Part shown: piece after piece, positions 51,190 through 61,941 of the stretch
Position numbering within the stretch: the stretch's first letter is position 1
Layout of the letters: the number at the start of each line of letters is the position of its first letter
DNA from: Trichodelitschia bisporula
Lineage: Eukaryota
NCBI GenBank assembly: GCA_010356995.1
Contig: ML996688.1
Span: forward strand, 248,001 to 312,000
Direction of reading: 5' to 3'
DNA length: 64,000 nt
Notes under the pieces: model-generated
Database searches by the model: none
Seen by the model: the letters and a program-made list of their open reading frames with translations, nothing else
Told to the model about the DNA's origin: nothing
Position numbers and translations under genes: made by a program

Positions 51190-54100
51190 TCCCACCAGTA
51201 CGCCACACTCAACGATGCCTGGGCTGCGGTACTTAGCTTTGCGCGGACTAGCGGATACGACATTCGCAAAGGACATACGATCAACAAGTCCCGGGGCACC
51301 GATTAGCTAGGCCAGCCATCAGCGACACGTCCGACCGCGCGGTATGGCTGGTCGAAGGCGGAAAGCGGAAGCCTAACATGTGCCCTCTCGGGGCCTTGCA
51401 CCACATCAAATATTGCATCACACTCTACTGGGAGACATGTCGGAAGGGCGCTCGCCCTCGGCAATATTCACCCCCTAACCCTATATATCAGTACCGAGAA
51501 GTCGGCAGCATTTACTTTCTCGAGAACACCAACCCCTGAACTGTCTCGTGTTTTCAAAGCGCTCATCATCTCGGACGATCATCCACCTGGACATATATTT
51601 CCCATATGCTGAAATGTCCAGCTACCAGTCTCTTCTTCGCACATGAGGACTCGCTGCGTTTATTCCGCGCGTGGCCGGAGACTTTTCGTCGATAGTACTT
51701 ATCAGACGAACAAGTACAGTATGCCGCTGCTGTACCTCATCAGCATGGTCCCAGTCCTTGAGTGCGTCGATGTCCGGTTCTTGATTCCTCAATCACCGGT
51801 TCTCCGACCGTGATCATCTGCTTCCCACTAAGCTTTTTCCAATCGTTTTGCAACCCCATCACCATCCTCACCGCAACCTTCCTCACCACATTCTCCTTTC
51901 CCCCAAGTTCAAAACACCGCTTCACGCTCGTCAGAAGTACGGCCAGGCTTGGGAGTTTGCTCATCGAAAGCTTCTGCCTGCTGACTTCCCGGCGACTAGA
52001 ACTTGCGCCTCGGTGATTGATGAGCCCCCAGAGCTCCTGGTCGACTCCTTTCCTCAGCTTTCAGAATTCCAACGACTACCCGAACGCTCAACAGCCCGTC
52101 TCGTCCAACGCCGAGCCGTTCCCACATTTCGTTGACCGGAGCTGGTCACCCACGTCGTGCGGTGAAGCGTGTCTCCCGGAGCTCGAAAACATTGACGGCG
52201 TATACTTTCGACCAGAGCGCGGAACGGGCCGCATCATCCTTCCCTCTGTTATAAAGCGGGTGGGCTTGTGTTTTTTGGGCCCACTCCGGTCATATACCAA
52301 GAGGTGCAAGATCTAGATGCCATGGGCCGGAAGCCCATACACACTCGCATGCCGATTCTAGATGATGCCCGGGGCTTCAATCCCGGATCGCCTCGCTTCA
52401 CGCCGCCTTACCACCGCATGGACTGGGCCTTTAAAAGGCTGGTCGGCGACTTTCTCCAAACCTCGTACACGTTACAACCATCCAAAGTTTCGTCAAACAT
52501 TTTGATCCATCGTTTTTTCAACTTCATCAAAATGCTGTTCTTCGAAGCCTTGTTCCTCCTCCTCAAGGAGATGTTTCACCATCTCCCTTAGGTCCTTCCG
52601 GGCCTCTTTCTTTCCGCTTTGGCTTTTGAACTACTCGCTGCGGTTCTGTGTAGATCTTCTCACCCAGTATCGTCGCAGGATCGCTAACGTGATAGCGGCG
52701 GGTACTCCGAAGCGCCCTACTCATGCCACATCCCGTCCTGGCCCCTATTCCCGGCCGGCCACCAGCTCTAAGGGCAAGTCCAAAGCTTCAGAGACTGCTG
52801 CGCGCCCTCGCGACACCCTTCCAGAAACAACAGTGCAGAGCGCCAGCGCGGTGCCGGCGTGCTTCACTGAATTGAAGCAACAAATGCTCCCGGGTGTTTA
52901 CGTTAAGAATGTTGACGAGAACAAGTAGGGACAGCTTCCGAAGGACTCGAAGCTGGCCGAGGAGTCCTGGGACCACACTAAGGCTCAAAGATCCGCAATT
53001 TTTGTGCCTATTCCGGTTACAATTGGGGACGGCTACCTGTGCCCGCCTCCCTTCTTCCCGCCAGAGACACTGGGCGACATCGCGTACACACCACCACTGG
53101 AAACCTTTGCAGCACCCGTGCTTGTCAATAACGCAAAAATAGTTTCTTCATGGAGCTCGCAAAGCGTGCTTTCCGTGCGCTCATTCCTCAATACCGGGGA
53201 GGATGAGTCAGGTGCGAATTCGATTTTCAACGACTTGAAGAAGCTCTGCATTTGCAAGCTCCCTCACCAACCGTATTACCGTTATGGCTCGCCTTCAGGC
53301 GAATGTTGCTGGCCTTGCCGCGCATGCCCGGCCTGCCGAGTATATACAGCCGAACGGAGGGGTGTGTGCGGTGTTCTCGCAGACGAGATGGTCTGGGCAA
53401 GACTGTCCAACCCCTGAGTCTGCTCCACATGTAAGCTTCTCCTGATCCTAGGCTTCGACCCAGCTCACTCCCTTAAGAATCCCTCCCTCTTATACTCCGA
53501 CTTTGTCTTCAGTGCCAACCGCTGCGGTCGTGGACTCCCCACCTCGCCGGGCACCGCCCAATGTTCTCGACCGCCAATATACGGATGTACTAATTATGCA
53601 TTCCGCCCAAGAGTCTGCTGGTACCAGTGTTTGGCTTTCGCTCGGATCTTGAAGTCGTCAGGCCAAACTCTGCTGACTGGCCTGGCCCTTCTCCCGTCCA
53701 CAAGTTTGGGAGAGGGTGGGGCCTCAAATATATAACGGGATGATCACAGAACCGGCGACGCCTCCCAAGCTTGAGCAGCATATGTCTCATCTGTGCTGCG
53801 CCATCAGGACTCCGACGAGTGTTCGTAGCACCCTCGTGGCGACTACTGGAACGATGTCATCGATAGCCTGCCGCCTGCCCCCGACGCTTTCAAACGGGAT
53901 TTGAAGAAGGCGATGCGCCGCCTCTACTGGAAGCACCAACGCCAACTCCCGCAGATCAATGCCGAGGTTGTCGCCACGGGTTACCTCCCTCGTGGCAGCG
54001 AGTTCATTGCACTGTGTGCGCGCGGCCTGGTGATCTACGAGTCCTAGGCCGTGGGGAATGGCATGCTTGGGAGGTGGATGGCCGGGACCCTAGAGTCTCG

Positions 54101-55510
54101 GGCCAGGCAACGGCACTCTCTTTGGCGACGCAAAAGCTGGTGGGCCGCCGAATCGGACCTGCACTCTGTATATACCCCTCCATCTTCCCCCACTCTTCTT
54201 CATCACCTTCACCTTCACCACTTTCCTGGTGCCCCCGAGCTCCGGACTATATATCGGCTGCGGCTCGTCCCTGCTCCAGAAGCATTTCCAGGACTTGACC
54301 CTGTTTATGATAGAAATCGCTACTACGACCTATATACCAGTTGCAGACCTCCAATGTATGGGGAACCGGGCTGCTCATGTTTGTCAACGTACGAGTCGGA
54401 AATACGATTTGTGATCCGAGCGGGTGAGCTACAGTAACTGTTCTAGTCAATTACTGCACTGACGATGACTTCCAAGTCCAATCCACCCCAGTGAGGTCCC
54501 CGATCCGGTTGTTTCTTACCAAACCCCGCTAGCCATCCCGGTTGTTTCTTACCAAACCCCGCTAGCCATCTACACGGCGCGCGTCATAGAAAACGAAAAC
54601 AAACAGCTGAATCGCAAGTGCCCGGTGAAGGAGATCAATGCAGAGCAGGTGGGGCCAGAATGCTTCAGCTATTGAAACTCCTTCGTCGGCTGCGGCTTCA
54701 CCTCACTCGCCAGATATAATACAGCGGGGCGGAGGAGGGCGGAGGGTCTCACTTCTCTTCCTCTTCTTCTTACACAGCACCCACCACTGTATACATCGCA
54801 AGCTTTTCAGCATCCTCGGCGATCCGGAAGCGTTCATCGTTCGGAATCAAGATGCTTAACACGAAACTGCACAACTCAAGAACCGTCAAAGTCAGTCTGC
54901 AGCTTCCGCAGCACCGGAACCACCAGCTGATTGTGATAGATATCAACACTGCTTTCTCCTCCAAAGCATCCTCACGGTTCCGCACGATCTCTCGGTGGGC
55001 GCCCTTTGCCGAAGGAGATGTAAAGTAGGTATATCACAGCCGAAACTAAAGACGGCAAAGAGAAGGACAACTCTCAATTAGACGGCCCCGACACATATCC
55101 CTCACTCGAGCTGGATACTACCCCCAAAACCACTCCGCCTCCAACACTCTATTCCACTACCAGAAGCTCCCGCCTTGAGTATCTAGTAGCTGCGAACTCA
55201 TGCCGACGCCGCCCAATGCGCTCGGCAACGCCCTAGCTCATATATTTCCCGACGTGCCTCAACTGCTCTGTATATGGCATGTTGAGATGAACGAGCAGAA
55301 GCACGCCAGTAATGATTGGGTCATTCACGCGGGTATGTCGAAGAAGATGAAAAAGGAGCAGCAGGGCCTCCGGGACACCCTGCTCGCGCGGTGGAAGGCC
55401 TGCCTATGTAAAAGCTCCCAAAGAGTATCATACACGTTTCGATAAGCTCTGCAGTGAGTACCGCAGTCAGCCAAAGCTCGTGGAATACCTTCGGAAATAC
55501 GTTGACCCCC
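51190..55510 (+). mobile_element. Decayed Mutator-like (MULE) transposase, split in two
   Basis: FAR1-like YATLNDAWAAVLSFARTSGYDIRK at ~51200; SLFFAHEDSLRLFRAWPETF/VDSTYQTNKYSMPLL at 51627-51735 (frameshifted); ALGNALAHIFPDVPQLLCIWH at ~55218-55280. Confidence 0.8.
54505..54570. repeat. Perfect 33-bp tandem duplication
   Basis: ccggttgtttcttaccaaaccccgctagccatc x2. Confidence 0.95.
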
Positions 55511-55648
55511 AACATCACTCTTACTTTTGCAAACCAAAATCACTCTCACTCCTGCAAACTAACATTACTCTCACTCCTGCAAACCAACATCACTCTCACT
55601 CCCGCAAACCAACATCACGCTCACTTTTGCACACCAATATCCTCTCAC
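55511..55648. repeat. 25-bp minisatellite x ~5.5
   Basis: Consensus aacatcactctcactcctgcaaacc. Confidence 0.9.
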
Positions 55649-56563
55649 AACACCACACCCGTTTAAAGCTGCCACCATGTCTGCTCCTAAGAGTAGCCGC
55701 GACGCCTCCCTACCCTCTACTACGAAAGGCTCTCGCAACGACGAGGCTCCTATCGACGAGAAGGCGAAGCAGCCTACCGCGACCGAGAAGAAGCCTATCA
55801 AAATGCCTAGCTAGCCGAATAAGTCGAACCTCGGGCTCGAGGACATACACAAGTATTTTCCTGACTTACTTATAGCCCTCGAAAAGGAAGGGCTCGAACC
55901 CACTTCTACCCTTCCGAGCGCGAGCGCGAGGAAGAAGCGCACCGCAAAGTTAGGTCCCGCGAATCTTTAGTCCCGGACTCGTGATAGCAACCCCCTTACT
56001 GATCTTCACCCTCTCCGGCAGCAGAGCGTGCGGGCATGGACGGCCGGTACTATGCATTTCGGGAATATTACCTCATCGCCAATCGCCAGACGCTTTGCTT
56101 AGCTAGTAGAAATTCCAAACCTATCCAAACTCATCTTCAATTGATCTCGCGCAACGTGCTATCCCGCTAACCTGCTGACATACCACCTTGCTCAGTTGTC
56201 TAGAGACCCGCGGCGGGACGAAGAATGCCTTGCTCTGACTGGCACCAGCCAACGTGGGAAGTCATGGAATCAGCGAGATACATATTTCCACCCTCAAAGG
56301 TACGCCTAAAGCATCCCCAAAAACCAACCCATAGAAATCCTTTCTGTCTCGTAGTCAGCCTTCCCCCCGCCCCCCGCCCACCCACCCAACCGGATCGCCA
56401 CGATCGCCCCGCGGCCCGCGCCCGATTAGCGAAAGCTTATTTGCGATCCCCCGGGCCGACGGCCAGCCACAGGCGCAACTTCAATCGCGCCCACGATACA
56501 TCAATGACGTATCTCCCATCTCCACGCCTCTAACTCCCCCATATCTTTACCTCCCATCCCACC

Positions 56564-57645
56564 ATGGCCGCCAAGTTACCAATAGACGAACTCTCCCACC
56601 CCCCAACCCACCCCCCCTCCCCCAGCACACCCTCCTACCTCATCTTCCTCATAACCGGCAACCCGGGCCTCGCCGGGTACTACACGACCTTCACCACGCA
56701 CCTCCACACCCTCCTCCGCATATCCCACCCAGCCACCAGCATACGCATCTACGCGCGCAGCCTCGCGGGCTTTGAAACTGCGCTCCCCACCCCACCGAAG
56801 CCCCTCGGTCTACTAGCGCAAGTCGACGCCGTGAAAGCAGTGTTGAGGAGGAAAGTTAAAGAGGTAGAAGACGAAGTAGGGAGGGTGAAGGTGGTATTAG
56901 TGGGCCACTCCGTCGGGTCTTGGATCTTGCTTGAGATACTGCAGCGCGTGAGGTGGGAAGGTGGGGTGGAGGTTGTGGCGGGGGTGTGTCTTTTTCCGAC
57001 GGTTGTGGATATTGCGAGGAGTCCGAGGGGGAGGGTGTTCACGGTAGGTACCAGTACCGCCTTGTTTGGATGTGGGCACTGGTTAATGGGTGTGTAGCCG
57101 TTGCTGCGGATTCCGGGTCTGCCGTGGATTGCGGCGAGCGCCGCGCGCGTGCTCGGCCTCCTCCCGGTGCCCTGGTTCGAAGCACTCGTCCGGAGCGTGA
57201 CAGGCATGCCGCCCGATGCAGTCGTTACCACGACCGCCTTCCTGCGGAGCAAAATGGGTGTCTATCAAGCACTGTGCGTGCCCCCTTTCCCTCCCTTTCT
57301 CCCCCCCCCCCTCCCGTTTATCCCCGCTAACCCCGCAGCCACATGGCCCGCGACGAAATGTCCCTAATAACAACCGACACCTGGGACGCCGAGATATGGG
57401 GCGCTGCCCACCCCTCCCCGACTGGCACCGCCCGCTCCCAACTCTTTTTCTATTTCGGGGAAGAGGATCACTGGGTGGCGGAGGAGACGAGGGAGGAGAT
57501 TATAAGAGCCAGGGGAGGCGGAGAGGACTGGAGGCCGCGGATGGAGGTGGATGAGGGGGGTATTCCGCATGGGTTCTGCGTGGAGAACGGGGAGGAGGTT
57601 GCGGGGATTGTGGCGGGGTATGTGCGGGGGGTGCTTGGGGGTTAG
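56564..57645 (+). CDS. Lipid droplet-associated alpha/beta hydrolase (LDAH/Ypr147c-like), 3 exons
   Basis: FLITGNPGLAGYY, nucleophile elbow GHSVG, LFPTVVDIARSP, FYFGEEDHWV, IPHGFC. Confidence 0.92.
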
Positions 57646-57753
57646 GGGTGGGATGGAGGGGGGAGGAAGAGCGGGTAGCAGCTAGCATATAATGATGCGT
57701 GTGTGTGTGCCATGACTCGGGTCTATAAACCGCCCTCTCCACATGCTGCCCCT

Positions 57754-60255
57754 TCAATCCAAACTGCTCAACCGCAAAAAGCCGTCCTCCATCGTGTACG
57801 CCCATCCCTGGTATCCACCCCAACGCCCCCCTTCCCCCCAAGCCCATCCCCCCCCNNNNNNNNNNNNNNNNNNNNNNNNNNNNNNNNNNNNNNNNNNNNN
57901 NNNNNNNNNNNNNNNNNNNNNNNNNNNNNNNNNNNNNNNNNNNNNNNNNNNNNNNNNNNCCCCCTCCGCCACACTCTTCAAAACATCCACCCCGCGCTCC
58001 AACCCCCCATGCCCACGCACCCACTCCCCCTGCACCGGCAAGAAATGATCCCGTCCCCCCTCGACCCTCAGTATCAACACATCATCCAACTTAACCACGC
58101 CCTCATTCAGCTTCTTTACCGTCTCCACGCCCTCAACTCGCGCGGTGAGCTCCACCTCGCACACCTCCCCCGGCTCAATCGTATACGTCGGTTGCTTCTT
58201 GCCTTTCTCACTAGCATCGGGGGTGGCGTGGACTTGCACGCCCAGCCACTCCGGCGTCGCACCCCCGTCTTCAGCACCCGGCCTATCCACGAACCCAACA
58301 CGCGCTTTCACACGCCCCGTGTTCGCGATAGTGACCATCCGCGCCTTGCGCCGGCCCTTATACCTCAACCTCCCGAAATGCACAACACCATCCACGACCC
58401 CCCTCCCCACACCCACACCTGCAACCTCAGCATCGGAATCCGTGCTCTCGTCCCCAGCATGGCTGTCCACGATAACAGTAACTGAGGGCCGGGCCTCGTT
58501 CTCGGCTCTGTCGAGCTCGCGCGCGACGGCTTTCGTGATTTGCGATTTTAGGTCCGGGACGACCGCGTCGTAGGTTAGGCGGAAGACGGCATCGAGCGGC
58601 TTGTGGTCGGAGGTGAGGACGCGCTGGTGCGCGGTGTAGCACTCCAGATCGAGGCTCGCATCATCAGAAGCCGAGGCCGCGTCCTCGGGCGCAGATGCGA
58701 AGTCGTCATCTGACGTCGGTTCGTAGTCGAAGAGTACATTCTCATCCGCCGCAGCCTCGTCTACGCCGCGGGCTTTCATTTCCTCATCCCTTTTTTTCGC
58801 GGCTTCTTCCTCGGCGAGTTTGACCTTGTACCGGACATGGGCGGCGCGGGTCCTATATAAGATGCGGTCGCACCAGCTAGGAGACCGTTTCTTGTCGGAG
58901 CTGTCGAAGACGGCGACTTTGCCGACGTCGTATTTGTAGGTGGGGGGGAATTTGATTTCTCCCTCGCTCCAGCCGTCGTGGAAGGCTTTGCGGGCGCGCA
59001 TTTGTTGGTGGAGTTCGTCGTGGGGGAGGAGGGAGGCGAGGGTTGTGTGGAGGGAGGTTGGGTCCATGCTGGCGGGGATGTCGTCTTCTGAAGCTACTGA
59101 GGCAGTGTCGCTTCCGTCCTTGATGCCGCTGTTGGTGCTGCTGCCGGTGACGGCGTTGATGATCCCGTTGCCACTATTCCGGCCCAGCGTGAGAAGACCC
59201 GTGACCGCATTCTCAGCCTGCTCCAGCTTCGTCGTCTCCACCCCCGAGCCATCCGCCGCCGTTTGCGCCTTATCATCCGCCTTCTGCGGAACCTTATACT
59301 CATTCTTCGTATGCAGCGTCAACAGCCGTCTGACATCATCCCCTGGAATCCCCTCAAGTCGATAATTCAAATCCCCAAACCAAAACGCATAATCCTCATC
59401 CCCCAGCGTCTCCCCAAAACCCCTCGGCATCCCCATTTCCTCATCCAAGCGCTCAAACTTCGTCCGCGCAACCACCTGCGCCGCATCCCAATTGCGCCGG
59501 TCCAGCGAAGTCTTGTCGGCGCCCGCCGCGAGGTGGCAGTTGACGAAGACCAGACACGTCGTCTCGCCGAGCATAAGCCGCGCCGCCACCGCGCCCTTGT
59601 TGCCCATGTATCCGAAAAGCCCCGTCCCGGCGCAGCACGTACTCACGCCGCGCACCTGAGCTGCTACGTCAGGGGCCGCGTAGATCAGCAGCAGCAGCCC
59701 AATCAATTGCTGTTCTGCAACCAGCGTGTAACCGTCCGGCAGCGCCTCCGCGAGCGCAGCCTTGAACCTGCCCGCGGGCATCGGGTCCGTAAACGGCTTC
59801 AGCGCCTCCGTGGGCGACGCAATATCCACCACCTCCTGCAAGCCAAGCACATACATCCCAACCTCTTCACCCCTGGGCATAGCGCCCTCATCCCCCAGCG
59901 GCACGCTCGTCTCCGTCTTGCTCCTCACGCGCCGCAACTCTTGTTCCTCAACGCTCTCGCGGCCTTCCGGCGCGCCCCGGTCTACGCCGCTGAGGCCTTC
60001 GGCTACGCCCTGCGCGTGCACGAACCAGGCCCCGATGTCGCGCTCGGCGCCGCGCATGGCGGCGACATTCCAGGTGCCGATTTTGACACGAAAGGGAGTC
60101 TGGCGGGTGTAGCTGCGGCGGCGAGCGTGGACGGCGGCGCTGAGGGAGGCGGCGGTCGACGTGTCGAAGGGGTAGGCGCCGGGGATGTTGCTGGTGAGGG
60201 ATTCGAGGGAGGAGGTGGGGGAGGAGGGACGGGAGGATTTCGGGGAGGAGGGCAT
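57754..60255 (-). CDS. Inositol polyphosphate 5-phosphatase, OCRL/INPP5B-like; 3' end crosses an assembly gap
   Basis: GTWNV, LGLQE, GNKG, FVNCHLAA, WFGDLNYR, FPPTYKYD, PSWCDRILY, SDHKP, followed by an ASH-like region (ELDRAENEARP...DDVLILRVEGGRDHFL). The end is uncertain. Confidence 0.92.
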   Translation of the reverse strand: MPSSPKSSRPSSPTSSLESLTSNIPGAYPFDTSTAASLSAAVHARRRSYTRQTPFRVKIGTWNVAAMRGAERDIGAWFVHAQGVAEGLSGVDRGAPEGRESVEEQELRRVRSKTETSVPLGDEGAMPRGEEVGMYVLGLQEVVDIASPTEALKPFTDPMPAGRFKAALAEALPDGYTLVAEQQLIGLLLLIYAAPDVAAQVRGVSTCCAGTGLFGYMGNKGAVAARLMLGETTCLVFVNCHLAAGADKTSLDRRNWDAAQVVARTKFERLDEEMGMPRGFGETLGDEDYAFWFGDLNYRLEGIPGDDVRRLLTLHTKNEYKVPQKADDKAQTAADGSGVETTKLEQAENAVTGLLTLGRNSGNGIINAVTGSSTNSGIKDGSDTASVASEDDIPASMDPTSLHTTLASLLPHDELHQQMRARKAFHDGWSEGEIKFPPTYKYDVGKVAVFDSSDKKRSPSWCDRILYRTRAAHVRYKVKLAEEEAAKKRDEEMKARGVDEAAADENVLFDYEPTSDDDFASAPEDAASASDDASLDLECYTAHQRVLTSDHKPLDAVFRLTYDAVVPDLKSQITKAVARELDRAENEARPSVTVIVDSHAGDESTDSDAEVAGVGVGRGVVDGVVHFGRLRYKGRRKARMVTIANTGRVKARVGFVDRPGAEDGGATPEWLGVQVHATPDASEKGKKQPTYTIEPGEVCEVELTARVEGVETVKKLNEGVVKLDDVLILRVEGGRDHFLPVQGEWVRGHGGLERGVDVLKSVAEGXXXXXXXXXXXXXXXXXXXXXXXXXXXXXXXXXXXGGGWAWGEGGRWGGYQGWAYTMEDGFLRLSSLD

Positions 60256-60662
60256 CGCGCTGGTGATGGTAGAGATGGGTGGGGGTGGTGGGTTTAGCGG
60301 GGTGCGGGCATGGTGGTTGGGATGCGATGTGGGAGAGCGGCGGAGGGAGGAGGAATAGCAATTGAGAGCACGGCGGTGGTGAGGTTGTAGACGTGGTGGT
60401 GAGGTTGAAGTGGGTTGTGAATATATGAGGTGTTGGGAATGACGCAGTGCCATGAATCAGCACCAGCCGAAAGCGTCTGGACCACTCGATCATCGGCGCC
60501 CTGCCTTGCCAAGCCACTTGGGCTTCGATCCCTTCGACACGTCGCGATGACTTCATGTGTTTACACTAAACCGTCAGCAACGCCAACCACCCAATATTCG
60601 CACTCAGCAACCCCTCGATATCATTATCGTCACCCACTTTACCTCTCCCACCACACACCACG

Positions 60663-61727
60663 ATGGCGACTCGACTGCGCACCACCTCCCACAACCCCCA
60701 TCCCCACGACCTCGACCCCGCCAACACCACCCCCAACCCACATTCCTCCTCCATCACCGCCCTAAACCTCGCCGTCCTCCAAAGGCACTATCCAAGCATA
60801 ACCTCCGTCCTCGCAACCTCCCACTTCGTCGTCCTCTACATCTTCAAACCCTCCCTCTCAAACTGGGAAAAATCCGCCATAGAGGGCACAATGTTCATCT
60901 GCCAGCTCGCGCCCGACGACTTGGGGGCCGACCACTTCAACGTCGTCATCCTGTCGCGTCGGGGGTTAGAAAACTTCGAAGCCCGCCTCAGATCTCCAGA
61001 GGACATCGACGTAACGGACGAATACGTGATCTTGAAGGGCGATAGCGAGACGGATCCGCATATCTACGGCCTCTGGATCTTCGCCGAGCCCCCGCCTAGC
61101 TCGACAGCCAATGCCCGCACCGATGCCGCGCGCGCCATCCTCGACGCCGCGACCCGCGCCCGCGACTCCCGCACAGCGGCCGAAGAGCGCGCGCGGTCCC
61201 TCGCGGAGGGAGCAAACGGATTCGCCCACGCCGGGCCCCAGGGCCGCAGTCTCTCGCTCCGCGAACTCTTCGGGCAGCAGCGCGAGGCAGACGCCGGCTT
61301 CGCAGTGCACAATCACCACTCCGGCCACGCCATGCCACAACCCCAAGTCCATCCCCAAATTCCCCCCCAAGTCCACCCCCAACCCTCACACCCCCACCTC
61401 CGCCAAGGACCCAGCGGCACCCCGCCAGCGCACCTCTTCCAAGGCCAGAACCCATTCCAAGGACAGAATGCAAGCCCACAGCAGAGACTGCAGCAGGGAG
61501 CACGCCAGAGTCCGGGCATGATGCACGGCCCAGGCGGCGGACCTTCTCATTTCCCTTCGCACTTCGGGGGGACGCCTGAGGGGGCGTATTATGCTGGTGG
61601 GCCACGGGGCGGACCGCCTGGGATACCGCTGCCGCCTGCGCAGGGGTATCCAACCGGTGGGGAGGGGGGGGATGTGCTTGCGAATTTGTTTATGAAGGCT
61701 AGGGCGGGGCAGTATGGGACTGGGTAG
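60663..61727 (+). CDS. DCP1: mRNA decapping activator Dcp1
   Basis: EVH1-like domain LNLAVLQRHYPSI...VVLYIF...WEKSAIEGTMF...VILSRRGLENF...IYGLWI; P/Q/G-rich tail. Confidence 0.92.
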   Translation: MATRLRTTSHNPHPHDLDPANTTPNPHSSSITALNLAVLQRHYPSITSVLATSHFVVLYIFKPSLSNWEKSAIEGTMFICQLAPDDLGADHFNVVILSRRGLENFEARLRSPEDIDVTDEYVILKGDSETDPHIYGLWIFAEPPPSSTANARTDAARAILDAATRARDSRTAAEERARSLAEGANGFAHAGPQGRSLSLRELFGQQREADAGFAVHNHHSGHAMPQPQVHPQIPPQVHPQPSHPHLRQGPSGTPPAHLFQGQNPFQGQNASPQQRLQQGARQSPGMMHGPGGGPSHFPSHFGGTPEGAYYAGGPRGGPPGIPLPPAQGYPTGGEGGDVLANLFMKARAGQYGTG

Positions 61728-61941
61728 GGGGTGGTTTGGATGGGAAGGGAGGGAGTAGGATGTTATATCTGCATGTAAGGGATGGGAGGGAGGATTGAGC
61801 ACGAAGTTACGTTAGCATAGCGGGTTAGAAGCTGGCGAGGCGTGGGCGTCTTTCTTTGATTTCTATCATACACACCCCCTCCCCGTCTTGACCCTATCCT
61901 CGATCACCACCTATCCTGAACTCTCCCACCATTTCCCATCA

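Noticed and set aside
55511..55648. CRISPR-like appearance of the 25-bp repeats
   Set aside because: The units are contiguous with no unique spacers, the context is eukaryotic, and there are no cas genes.
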